DNA of 64,000 nt from Paragordius varius (taxonomy: Eukaryota > Animalia > Nematomorpha). Location: contig OZ176056.1 of NCBI GenBank assembly GCA_964247055.1, positions 1,736,001 to 1,800,000 on the forward strand. The letters are read 5' to 3'. Positions 1-13,053 of this stretch are shown piece by piece. The stretch's first letter is position 1. Each line of letters starts with the position of its first letter. The position numbers were made by a program, and so were the translations under genes. The notes beneath the pieces are model-generated. The model had not been told where the DNA came from, did not search any database, and saw only the letters and a list, made by a program, of their open reading frames with translations.

Positions 1-355
1 TATCTTCAAAGTCAATTCAATGTACCATATCAATATTGTGCGTGACACAAATAAAATTTTTTAAACCACCCTACATAGGCACACACCCCAAAGGCAATTA
101 TAATTAACGCTCTCTCCATAATTGATTTGATAAATTCACAACCATTTTTTTGTCATATATATTTTATTCCTTCTACACTTTGTTTGGTTGACAATCAAGT
201 TTTCCTAAATATTCTTTATATTCTAAAATCGGATTTCACAGAGCTATTTTTATAGCTAATTATCGTATATTTCTTATATAATCACCCCATCTTTCATCTA
301 ATTTATAAAAAGTTTAAAAATATGGAATTATTATTCAAATAAAAAACCATTGATA

Positions 356-3300
356 ATGATTGAAACGAGTTCAGATACATCGGCCAAATTTGGCAAAGAT
401 GTCATATTTTATCAATCACATCAGCCACAAGATCTTTACAAACGACGTGAAAATGTATTGATTTCTTTTTTCAACAAAAATATTTTTATATATTCAAATA
501 TTGTGTTTACATATAAAATCATGTTTAATTTATAAAATTTGGATAATGAAACTTAGTATTTTCACACTGGTAAATGTTTTTTTGTTGCCGATCACCTGAT
601 ATTTTTGCTCTGATTTTTAGTGACGTAATAATATGTAATAGCGTATGTATTATTAAATACATGTATGATGCAAATTAAATACACCAAATATATTTATGCC
701 ATACCAATCTAGCTTATTTGAATGTCAATAGTCAGTAATGATATTGATTAAGTATCAAAACGAAAATTTTATATAAAATTTAAACAAATATATATATCCT
801 ATAGGTTGAAAAAGTTTTAGCGCCACTAAAACTCAGTCCTGAAACGTACGAACAAATTAGAGATCAAATCATAGCTGAATTTGTTAAGGGCCTAGGGAAA
901 GAAACTAACAAAGATGCAACAATCAAAATGTTTCCATCATATGTTCGAGCTGTACCTGACGGAACAGGTTAATTGAAAGAATTAATTTTTTAAATTTCTC
1001 AAAATTTTGGGCAATTTAATGTTGCATATTTTATATTTACAAATTGAGTTGGTGTTTGCCCTTGATATTACTTTTTTATATGTGTGACGCAATGTCATAA
1101 ATAATTAAATGTATAATGTATGGGTTAGCAATTTAAGAAATTCGATACGTTTGTACATAAAATTATATAATAAGTAATATTTGAAATCTATTGATTTAAT
1201 TATAATTTTTTTTACAACTTTATTTTTTATGTAACAGAACAAGGCGATTTTTTGGCCCTTGATTTGGGAGGCACTAATTTTCGAGTCCTTAGAATAACGC
1301 TCGAAGGTAACAAAGTTAGCATGCAAAACAAAATTTACATGATTGCCAAAAAACTTATGAATGGTCCAGGAAGTGATGTAATACTTTTAAATTTTTTTCA
1401 AATCTATTTTTTGTCACCTAATTTTGTCATGCAGACGTGTTCCGATAATTTTGCTACAATTTTGTGCCCATTAGTTTAATTAAAAAAAAATGTTTTATGC
1501 CTATAAAATTAAGCATAATGAAATATCAATTTTGTGATAATTAATTAATGTTGAAAGCTAATAAGTTACAGCAATCAGAATAAAAATCAAAATTTAATCG
1601 TTTATCAATTTCATGGCCAAAAATAAAAAATTTTGATTATAGAATGCATCTTCAAAAAAACAGGAAATATTTGCTTTAAAAAGAACATTGGCATTTTTAC
1701 CCCTCAATAATTATTTGACTGTAAATTTAGATATTATAATTCAGATAATAACTTATTTACTTTGAATATTTATATCTTTAGCTATTTGATTATATTGGTG
1801 CCTGTTTGGCCGATTTCGTTAAAGAACAAGGTCTAGCTGGTCAAGCTCTACCTCTGGGATTCACTTTCAGTTTCCCTTGCAAACAAGAGGGCTTAACGCA
1901 TGCTCGACTAACGTCATGGACCAAAGGATTTACATGTCCAGGGGTCGTGGGGGAAGACGTTGTATTACTCTTACAAAAATCATTGGCAAAACATCCCGTA
2001 AAAATTATTTTTTTTACTCATCGTAAAACTATTAACACAATAAAAAATTTTAAGGAGTAAGTTTGATATTTGTTGAAATTTATAAGTGAAGCTTCACAAA
2101 TAATATTACGAAAAGAGCATACACACGGTTAATGAACAAAAATAAAAACGCCATCATGTTAATGTCGGCAAACATCTAATAAATAAGTTAATATATGTCA
2201 AATAACGGAAAAAATTGGTACAAGCTTTGGGTAAAGGATAACCACTGCTTTTATTTGAAATAAATTTTATAATTTTGATTTAATTACCAAAACAATATGT
2301 ACAAAACAATCGTATGCTTTTTGTTTTTTACCACAGAAATCAATCGTATGCTTATTGTTAATTAATTTTTGTTATTCATTTTTCGTTTTTACTGTTTAAT
2401 ATACATAAAAAATATGTGTGATGGAGTAGGAGTGTGGAAATGTTGCGACAGTCGTTGCTTTGTTAAATGACACAGTAGGGACCCTTATGGCCTGTGCTTT
2501 TCGTGACCCTGACACGATAGTTGGAATGATTTTAGGTGAGTTTTTTTAGTCTGTCCTAATTTGCCGCTTTTTAAAACCTAGTAAGCTAGAAACAAAATCA
2601 AACGCAACTAACTACACACATGTGCCGAAATTGAAGAAAATCTTTTCTATTTTCTAGCCCAAACTTTTCTCCATATACATATATTTTACTGCCAATGTAT
2701 ATGTACATCACTATTATAACCCGTTAACACAATGCCTAACTTATACTAACCAAACACAAAATATTCGTTAAATTTATATTAAAGTTAAAAACGAAGAGAG
2801 GTTTTAAAACTAAAATCTTATAGAGGAGATATATATATTGGATATTCTCAGTTCGTAATCTTGACGCAAATCCCTTAAAAACCAAAAATATAAAGCGTTC
2901 GCGTTTCACGCGATAAAATTATTTTGTATATACGTATATCTAAATGTCATTTTTTAAAGGTATTAAATTTAAATATCTACGTTATTATTGAAGGAAGCCC
3001 ATGGTATATGTTATCAACCGATAGCCCTTTTAAATGATACCGTTGGGACACTTATGTCATGTTCTTTCCTAGATCCAAACACTATGGTTGGCATTATTTT
3101 AGGTTAGTAAGATTAAAAATCAAATTTATAAACAAACTAAATACCTGCATGCGGGAGAATGTGGAGAATTTTTTGGTTCTGGCATGATTATATATATTGA
3201 ATTGAAAAATTTTAGAATGTTTGAATGGTCTTAAATAATTAATTGCATGTAATCCCTTTAAAGTTCAATATAAATTCTGAATTTTTATTATGTATGGTGA

Positions 3301-6300
3301 TGGGTATAAATTTATTAGGTTATTTGACATGTTTTTGAATTTAGTTTGTTGTTTAATTGCTACAAAATATCTCAAATCGAAATAAATTTTTAAGATGAAT
3401 AAAAAACATTACAGTGGTCGCATGAAAGAAAACATAATGTAATTATAAAATGTAAAAACATTTGGAATAAAAAGCATTTTCATACAAATATAATTGTTAA
3501 AAAACCATTTTTTATTACAATGATTAATTAATGCTTCTGTGAACTTTGCATGCTTATGCTTATATTACTAACAGTTATTTTGCTTTTATATATATAAACA
3601 CCTCTATATTATAAAGATATATATATTGCATGATAAATGGCTTTTTTCTTTTTGGCTCTGCATGTTTTGCTTTATATATATATATATATATATATTGATG
3701 GATATATTTTGATAATCTTGTTTACCAAATTTTTGGAAATATAGTACTTTTAAAATTTTGATACGAATTGGGATAGTTCTAGGCAAACTTACAGTGTTTT
3801 CAACACTAATGGCTTCACGGGCCGCATTTATATATATGAGCAAACATAAGGATTTTATTGACTGAAAAAGCAAATACAATATAGCAATTTTTTCTTGTTC
3901 TTGCCAATTAATTACATTTTAAATAAATTGTTAAGGAGATATTAATGTTATTCATATTTTGTTAACATATTTTTATAATTTGTAAACATCAAGTATCAGA
4001 AGGCTGCGTGTTGGCCCTCTGCTTTTAAATATTATGCAAGAAGTTATGTTAATTATAATATTATTACTTTATTATGTTAGTGATAAAATTGAATTGCATT
4101 TTTTTCAAAACAGTTGTTTAAAATATTTAATTTATTTGAAATCAAATCAGTTGTGGATAAATAGTAATATTGTTCGAAATCAATGCAGTGAAATAATTTT
4201 GATATGACACTTTTTTTCTTATTTACTTTAACCCATATAACTAATATATTGCTGTTTACGGTATAATAAGATAGTTGGCCCTTTTATCAGTTTTTAAACG
4301 TCTGAAATTTGTATATTTTTTTGCTTATGTTTATGTTATTTAGTATTTAATTCTTTTATGCATCACATTAAACTCTCATTAACTATCCCAATTTGTATCA
4401 ATGGGCATGATTTCATTATTTGTATCTATATATCAGACTTTTGCTAATAATTAATTTGCTTGTGCTTATTTCTTAAATCCTATTAAAAAATTTTCATAAA
4501 ATACATAGGAACTGGAAGTAATGCCTGTTATATGGAAAGACTGGAAAACGTAGAATTATGGGATGAGGATTATGATGAGCCTAAACAGGTAATTTGATTT
4601 TTCGTCAGTTTTAATTTATTTTTAGATACCCTTTTTAAATGATAAGTTATTATAAAATTTTGCCTTTTTATATTTATAGGTTATAATTAACACTGAATGG
4701 GGTGCATTTGGAAGTGATGGTGCATTAGATTTCATTCGTACAAAATACGATTATGATATTGATGCTAACTCTCTGAACCCTGGAAAACAAATGTAAGTTT
4801 TAAATTTATACAAATTTAGTTTTTAACAATTATTATTTTTGTTCTTTATACTCTAAAAAATATAACTATAAAGACAAAACATAAAAAAGAAAAACGCTGA
4901 TTTTTTATGATGAAAACCTAATTTTTGAATACCAATGTTATGGGTTCGAATAAAATCGTTTGGCTACACGCTTTATTTTATTTATCACAATTGTAACGCA
5001 GAAATTCAAGAAAAATTCTGTTTTTTTTAAAAAAATATTATTTGTCTTTTACTTTATATGTTTGGAGACTTTATAATTTCATTTTTACTGAATTTTAACT
5101 TTATAATTAGTTACGAAAAAATGATATCCGGTATGTATATGGGTGAAATTGTGCGTTTAGCCCTTGTGGATTTATGTGAGCAAGGACTCTTATTTAATGG
5201 AGCTGGTTCGGAAGAATTATTTACGCGTGGTCAATTTTTTACCAAATATGTCTCAGAAATTGAAAGGTATTAAATATTTTTTTTTTAACTTTCGTACTAT
5301 TATTATAGATAAACAAACTATGAATTCGAATGTTGTTGTTTAACTTTAAATTCAAATAAATTAGGCAGATTTGGAAAAATATTTAAAAATGCCCTAAATA
5401 GAACTTTTTATTTTTTTGCGTGTTTATATGTGATATTATACTTTTATGCTGTCTCACAATATTTTTTAGTTTAACCTATTATATGAATATCTTGTAAAAT
5501 AATCAAACAATATGCCCTTTTTTGTGCAGTGATGGAAGTGATGATTTTACCAACACACGCCAAGTCTTGGATGAAATTGGGATCGAATTTGTGAGTCAAG
5601 AAGATTGTGCCATTGTTCAATACACGTGTGCTTTGATTTCTGCGCGGGCCGCTTACTTAGCCTCTGCAGGTATATTTTCCCAAAATATTTTAATTTCTTT
5701 TTATACTTTGCGAGATATAGGGAATTTATAAATTATTTTTTTTCAAATATCATGGTACCCTTTCCTAATTTTCCAAAAAGGTCCTATTTTTTTAGTTATA
5801 TACCATTTACAATTCAAAATCACCCTCAAACAAAAACAATTTTAATTCACCCTAAAAATAATTTGTGTTTTCCGGCTAATATAACTCATCATAAATAGAA
5901 ATACAGTATGCATTTTAATGTCTGTTAAGTAATTTTATTGCCTGCCAAATAACATAAATGGTTTATCAAAAGCGTAAAATACTGACCCACGAAATTATTT
6001 CGTAGTACACATATGAAAGAAGATTGACGTGAGAATTAACATAGGCTTTAATTTGATGGATATTTTGTAATGTTAAATTTTGGGAATATTATAGCAATTT
6101 ATGTTAACATTTTTAATATTTTTGTTACGTATTTAGATGCGGAATTTTGTGGGTTTTTATCTTTGATAAATTAATAAATAGTAAAATAGTATTTTAAGAT
6201 ATTATGTTAATTATTCCTAAATTTAATAATAAATATTTTTCAACATGCTAAATACCTGTATTAATTAATCTTGGTATCATAATATTATATAGTTGTTATT

Positions 6301-9300
6301 ACTAATTAAAAAAACACAGGTAAATATATATTTGTGAAAATTTAAGTAGATTTTTGTCTTTTATGTTTTGCATTATTTTTATCAGGTAAAAATTGCGGTT
6401 TTTAATAATTTTCCTAAAAATTAAGTTTTTTTTGTTTTTTAGGTTTTGCATTGTTAGTTGTAATTAATTACTACATATTTTGGACATTTTAATAATTACA
6501 GGTAAAAATTGCGGTTTTTAACAAATTTAGTAAAAATTTTGTTTTTTTTTGTTTTTTTAGGTTTTGCATTGTTAATTGTAATTAACTACTACATATTTTG
6601 GACATTTTAATAATTACAGGTAAAAATTGCGGTTTTTAACAAATTTAGTAAAAATTTTGTTTTTTTTGTTTTTTTAGGTTTTGCATTGTTAATTGTAATT
6701 AACTACTACATATTTTGGACATTTTAATAATTACAGGTAAAAATTGCGGTTTTTAACAAATTCAGTAAATATTTAGTTTTTTTGTTTTTTTAGGTTTTGC
6801 ATTGTTAATTGTAACTAACTACTGCATATTTTGGACATTATAATAATTACAAAATTTAGTAAAAAGTTAATTTTTTTGTTTTAGAGGATTTTCATTGTTA
6901 ATTGTAATTAATTAATTTTGGACATTTCAATTAATAAAGGTAAAAAGTGAGGTTGTTTTTATATTTAATAAAATTTAATATTTTCTTGTTTTTTTTATTT
7001 AATATTGTTAATTGTATACTACATATTTGGAAATTTTGATAAATACAGGTGAAAATGGCGGTTAAATTTCAAATGTAACATTTTTTGTATCTTGTATCAT
7101 TGTTATTTAATTAATTACTAAATATTTTGGACATTTAAAAAACTTGTGTAAATTGCGGTTTTTATTAAATTAGTAAATTTTATTTTTTGTTCAACCTTGC
7201 TAATATATTTATCACTATATATTTGTGATACATTGATATATACAGGTAAAAATTACTATGACTTGAGGTTTTTTGAATTTTTTAAAATATTTTTTTTACA
7301 TTGATAACTTATATAATTAATATAGTTAACATATCTGAGTAGGTAAAAATGCATGTTACGGTTTTATGTTTGACATTTTATTTTCCATCAACTATTTATA
7401 TTTTAACAAACACCTTATGTCACCAAAGATTGAAAATAGGATCAAGATATATAAACATCTTTTAAAGTATCTGAATATCGCCAAATATAAAAAAATTTAT
7501 TTAAATTATAAATGTATAATTATACAAAATATTCATATTATGTTTAAAATTAACATTCTTCTTATTGATATTAATACAGGTAATTTGTTTATATAAATGA
7601 TGTACGATGCGGTGTACGTTCATGATGATCATATGGATTGAAGAATAGTATAAGATGCAGATAATCCTGAAAATTTTAATCACCATCATTTTTTAGGTAG
7701 ATTCTATCACCTAAAATATAAGATAATTGATATATTAGAAAATTGATACCTTAAATATTGGGGGAAACATTCATAGTTTGAAAGGGAACTCAAAAGGTTG
7801 ACTTGGCTTTTTAACAACTAAATTTGCAAAAAAATATTTTCTTCATGATAAAATATTCAAAAATGATACTTTATTTTACGTTTTCGTTTTACCATCCTAA
7901 ACTATAAATATAAAAAATTATTCTTCACCAAAGCAAACAATGTTAGTGTTGCCTGCTTTTGGAGTGCCCTTGCATTCCAAGCTTTTGAAAAAAATTATTT
8001 GTTTCTATTTTTTATTTGACGTCATTGGTATGGTGAAATCATATAAGCCTTTTCATATTTATAGTTTAGGATGGTACAACGAAAAAAAACATAAAGTATC
8101 ATTTTTGAATATTTTATCATGAAGAAAATATTTTTTTGCAAATTTAGTTGTTAAAAAGCCAAGTCAACCTTTTGAGTTTCCTTTCAAACTATATATGTTT
8201 CCCCCAATATTTAAATATGTTGAAAATACTTCTAGAATCCAGGTATCAATTTTCTAATATATCAATTTTCTTATATTTTAGGTAATCTACCTAAAAAATG
8301 ATGGTGATCAAAATTTTCAGGATTATCTACATCTTATACTATTCTTCAATCCATATGATTATCATAAACGCACACCGCATCGTACATCATTTATATAAAC
8401 AAATTACCTGTATTAATATCAATAAGAAGAATGTTTCAAACATAATATGAATATTTTGTATAATTATACATTTATTTAAATAAATTTATTTATATTTGGC
8501 GATATTCAGATACTTTAAAAGATGTTTTATATATCTTGATCTTATTTTCAATCTTTGGTATAAGTTGTTTGTTAAAATATAAATAGTTGATTTGGAAAAT
8601 AAAATGTCAAACATAAAACCGTAACATGCATTTTTACCTACTCAGATATGTTAACTATATTTATTATATAAGTTATCAATGTAAAAAAAATATTTTAAAA
8701 AATTCAAAAAACCGCAAGTCATAGTAATTTTTACCTGTATATATCAATGTATCACAAATATATAGTGATAAATAAATTAGCAAGGTTGAACAAAAAATAA
8801 AATTTACTAATTTAATAAAAACCGCAATTTACACAAGTTTTTTAAATGTCCAAAATATTTAGTAATTAATTAAATAACAATGATACAAGATACAAAAAAT
8901 GTTACATTTGAAATTTGTTAAAAACCGCCATTTTCACCTCTATTTATTAAAATTTCCAAATATGTAGTAAATTACAATTAACAATATTAAATAAAAAAAC
9001 AAGAAAATATTAAATTTTATTAAATATAAAAACAACCTCATTTTTTACCTTTATTAATTGAAATGTCCAAAATTAATTAATTGCAATTAACAATGAAAAT
9101 CCTCTAAAACAAAAAAAACAAAATTTTTAATGAATTTGTTTAAAACCACAATTTTTACCTGTAATTATTAAAATGTCCAAAATATGTAGTAGTTAATTAC
9201 AATTAACAATGCAAAACCTAAAAAACTAAATTTTTAGTAAATTTATTAAAAACCGCAATTTTTAACTCTATTTGTTATAAAGTCCAAAATATGTAGTAAT

Positions 9301-11535
9301 TAATTACAACTAACAATGCAAAACCTAAAAAACAAAAAAAAACTAAATTTTTAGGAAATTTATTAAAAACCGCAATTTTTACCTGATAAAAATAATGCAA
9401 AACATAAAAAAATCTACTTAAATTTTCACAAATATATATTTACCTGTGTTTTTTTAATTAGTAATAACAACTATATAAAATTATAATACCAAGATTGATT
9501 AATACAGGTATTTAGCATGTTGAAAAATATTTATTATTAAATTTAGGAATAATTAACATAAAATATCTTAAAATACGTATTTTACTATTTATTAATTTAT
9601 CAAAGATAAAAACCCACAAAATTCCGCATCTAAATACGTAACAACAATATTACAAATGTTAACATAAATTGCTATAATATTCCCAAAATTTATCATTACA
9701 AAATATCCATCAAATTAAAGCCTATGTTAATTCTCACGTCAATCTTCTTTCATATGTGTACTACGAAATAATTTCGTGGGTCAGTATTTTACGCTTTTGA
9801 TAAACCATTTATGTTATTTGGCAGGCAATAAAATTACTTAACAGACATTAAAATGCATACTGTATATCTTTCTGACATAGTGCACATTATTTTTTTAGTA
9901 TTATTTTAAATTTAAACAAAATTTCATTTTTAAATATCATAAAATATAAATAATTTTTAATTAAAAAAATTTGAGGTGTAATGGTTTATTATTAAGAAAA
10001 CATGTTTCCCATAGCCCATAATAATATATTTGAAGGATAAAATTTAATTTTTTATTTGCATTCATTATATTTGAAAATATTTTTAATCGATAAAAGATGA
10101 GCTTTGTAAAAACATAAAGAATATACTAATATTTTTTAGATATAAAAAACCCCTATTTTTTAATATAACATATCGTTTTGTGTTTAGGTTTCAATTACAG
10201 TAGGAGAATTAATTAGGCACAAAATTTTATATTCACAATATAATACTTTTAGGTAAATCAAGCATTAAATAATATGTATTTTTAAAAAAAATTATATTAA
10301 TTTTTGTATTTTTTTTCTCTGTTATACTATAAATATTGAATTATGCAGCCAAAACGTAAAAACTCAAAGACAAATACTTTTTCTTTCAAAACATAATCAA
10401 ATTTTTTAAACCACAATTTTCATACATAAACTATTTAATTATAATAATACCATAAATTAATTGTATGTTACCATTCTGCATCTCTATTTCATACTTTGCA
10501 ATGTTTAAAACAATTGAGCTATATGAAGAGTAGAGCATTGTTTTAAAAAATATTTGTCTTTAATGTGGTTTAACATTTTTTTTCCTATAGGTGTGGCAGC
10601 CATTTTAAATAAAATGAACCGACCTAAAGTTACAGTAGCCGTTGATGGTTCCTTATACAGATATCATCCGAAGTTTCACAATCTCATGATGGATAAAATT
10701 GCCAAGCTTACAAAAGATATTGAGGTAAATTTCATTATAGATTTGAGATTTTTTTGGAAAACATCTACTAATCTGTTACTTTAACATTTTAATACTTTTT
10801 TTGCGCATCTCTATGGGACAGTTCTGATTTAAATACTTTAAAAATATTTAGGAATTTGCGTACAAAAATATTAATTATATGATATTTAAAGTGTATATTC
10901 ATAAATTATATATAAAAAACCCTAATCTCAAATCTTAAATTATAAATCCGTTTAAAATAGAAATTATAAAAAGCTAAAACCATTTTTTTCAAAGGACGCC
11001 ATACTTTTTTAACCCTTGATTTTTTACATGCGAAGAATTCTTTATATATTATTTTGCAACCTAAATGGATGAATTCTTGATAAAAAATTAAGATTGTTTT
11101 TTAATTTTCTTTCATTTTCTTTTTGTGCTTTTATAGTATAAACTCATTCTGTCTGAGGACGGGAGTGGGAAAGGAGCTGCCCTAGTTGCCGCCGTGGCTT
11201 GTCGATTAGCGCGCGAAAAAACTCAATCAAATCCAAACCTTCTTTCAACAGCTGACGATAATTCTGACTTATTATCATTATCAAATCAATCAAAGGATAT
11301 TCATCATACATTATCAAATTCAAACATAAAGTCTGATTCAAAATCCAACATGTCAGAAATAAATGCCCAAAATATAAGTCACATTACAATGTACAATAGT
11401 ACGCATGATAAATCTGCTACTAAAGTCCTACAAGATAATTTTACTAAATTAAATTTGCAAAGCAATTTACTACAAAGCACTCCAAACAACACAAATTCTG
11501 CCTTAAATAACGATTTGGGAGATGACCATTTATAG
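356..11535 (+). CDS. HK: Hexokinase (single-domain, animal type), 11 coding exons per isoform, ~581-582 aa
   Basis: Manual GT-AG model with all phases consistent: 356-454, 805-967, 1238-1377, 1782-1997, [2430-2535 or 2994-3102], 4509-4588, 4680-4792, 5111-5266, 5530-5669, 10591-10724, 11137-11535. Family motifs read directly: [119 protein letters not shown]. Exon 1 and the start ATG are the least certain part. Confidence 0.95.
2430..2535 (+). CDS. HK: Hexokinase exon 5A (alternative copy of the catalytic-Asp exon)
   Basis: tag|GAGTGT...ATTTTAG|gtgag, 106 nt, phase 0 to 1. Encodes [35 protein letters not shown](G). The acceptor is purine-rich and looks weak. Confidence 0.85.
2994..3102 (+). 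CDS. HK: Hexokinase exon 5B (alternative copy of the catalytic-Asp exon)
   Basis: aag|GAAGCC...ATTTTAG|gttag, 109 nt, phase 0 to 1. Encodes [36 protein letters not shown](G). Confidence 0.85.
5904..9862. mobile_element. Foldback-like non-autonomous DNA transposon, 3959 bp, almost entirely palindromic, TA TSD, CAGT...ACTG termini (Tc1/mariner-like ends)
   Basis: The left arm (5904 to ~7915) is the reverse complement of the right arm (~8050-9862), around a ~135-bp spacer. TA flanks at 5902-5903 and 9863-9864. Both arms contain ~117-bp tandem units. No transposase ORF. Confidence 0.9.
6383..7200. repeat. ~117-bp tandem array within the left foldback arm (mirrored at ~8815-9385)
   Basis: The unit caggtaaaaattgcggtttttaac...ttttggacattttaataatta starts at 6383, 6499, 6617 and 6734, then degenerates. 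The right arm has about two fewer units. Confidence 0.85.
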
Positions 11536-13053
11536 ATAGATTGCGTATATAAGCAAAAAAAACGATAATCAATTTATTGCGCTTTTGTTTATATCACACA
11601 GATACATTGTTTACGAAACACCCCCGTGAAATTTTAACCATAATAATAGTGTATTCTAGTCATTACTTAATCTTTAAAACATTACATAATATGGTTGTTT
11701 TAAACAATTAATTTCCGGAAAATAAAACAGAATTTTTGAATACAAGACATATCAATCACCCAACCATATTTTTAAATCCTAATAAATACTCATTACACCT
11801 TTTCCCGCACTTTTTATTAGACTACTATTTAAAGCACAACTTGGAAAATGCATCAAAAACATTTTTTTGGCTTTCAAAATACGGATGATGGATATAAAAT
11901 AAAATACTCTTCTTTATAGCCAATGCAATTATATGTGATTTTTCCATGTTTTTTTTGCAAACATGCATCCCCCCCTTTTTTTAAAGCAAATGAATGATAT
12001 AATTTATAATTTTGTCATTGTAAAAAAATATTCTTTTAACTTATTATAAAACAATATTTTTAATATTTACAACAATTTGGTGGCGCTTAAAATTTTGTCT
12101 TTAATAATTAATTATGTATACATACATGTGTTGGTAGGATTTTTAAGATGATGGCGAAATTTTAATAATAATATTAATAAAATGTGAAAATCATTTACTA
12201 TATTATAATTACATACCTCCATGCTATACATCATATTAATAAATATAATTAAACCATAAAAAATTAGTTTCACAGTAAAAATTGTTATCAGACAAAAGGT
12301 AAAACATAAACCCGATGATATTCAAAAGACAAACCTTGATATTTCCTCTGTATATTAAAATATATATTATACATCTCTATATACTTTTCAATTTGGAACA
12401 ATGAGTAATATTAAAAATAAACAAGTTTAAAATTAAAAAAATATTTATCTTTATATTTTACGTATTATCTGTTTGAATATTTTAAAATCGTCAATTATTC
12501 AATAAGATTTTAAATATATATAATATTGATCGGTTATTTACACATTACCACACATTTTAATAATGTTTACCGTAAGCTAATGTAAATTTTATTTTTTAAA
12601 ATCATTACTATTTTAGTATGCAACCAGTCAAAGCTTTTTATTTTAAAATAATAAAAATTGCAATAATTATTGAAATGAATATTTATTTCATAAAAACAGG
12701 AAAAAAAAATGTTATAAGATTATGCGCCTTTATAGCAGAATGATGATTATATAATGAGCATAATGCAATAATATGTAAATTGCAATATATTTTTCAGGCA
12801 TAAAAGTCAATATTTTAATAATGCGTTCCTTACATTTGTAATACTCTTGATTTTTTAAGAAAATGTATGACTAGGATTAAGTTGGAAAAAACGTTAAAAT
12901 TGGAAAATAAGTAATAACTGTTAAATTTAACTAAAAAATTGATTATTACATATGGGGGCATTTATAACCATGAAAATGTATGGAAAAGATAACGTAAAAA
13001 AATTGTGTATAAATGCATTTTTTGGGATTTCACTCATAATTTGATTAATTTTT

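Larger units (their letters stand above)
5803..9984. mobile_element. MITE family A copy split by the foldback insertion (pieces 5803-5903 and 9863-9984)
   Basis: Begins ta|ccatttacaattcaaaatcaccc. Removing the foldback element and one TA gives catcataaatagaaaTAtatctttctgacatag, matching the uninterrupted copy at ~50195 (catcattaatatgaaaTAtatcttaatggcatag). Confidence 0.75.

Noticed and set aside
2960-2993. Alternative upstream acceptor (tttttaaag|gt) for hexokinase exon 5B
   Set aside because: It adds 34 nt and puts the NDT motif out of frame relative to exon 4.
3792-4021. hAT-like MITE remnants (CAGTG/CAGGGGTG...CAAC, GGGCCGC); similar at ~27347, 34946-35139, 38885 and 61745-61800
   Set aside because: Probably real decayed hAT derivatives, but I could not find matching 8-bp TSDs or define boundaries, so they are not listed as features.
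7366-8122. ORFs inside the foldback element as a possible transposase
   Set aside because: They are under 80 aa and I/K/N/Y-rich with no DDE/D or HTH motif; one runs across the spacer by chance.
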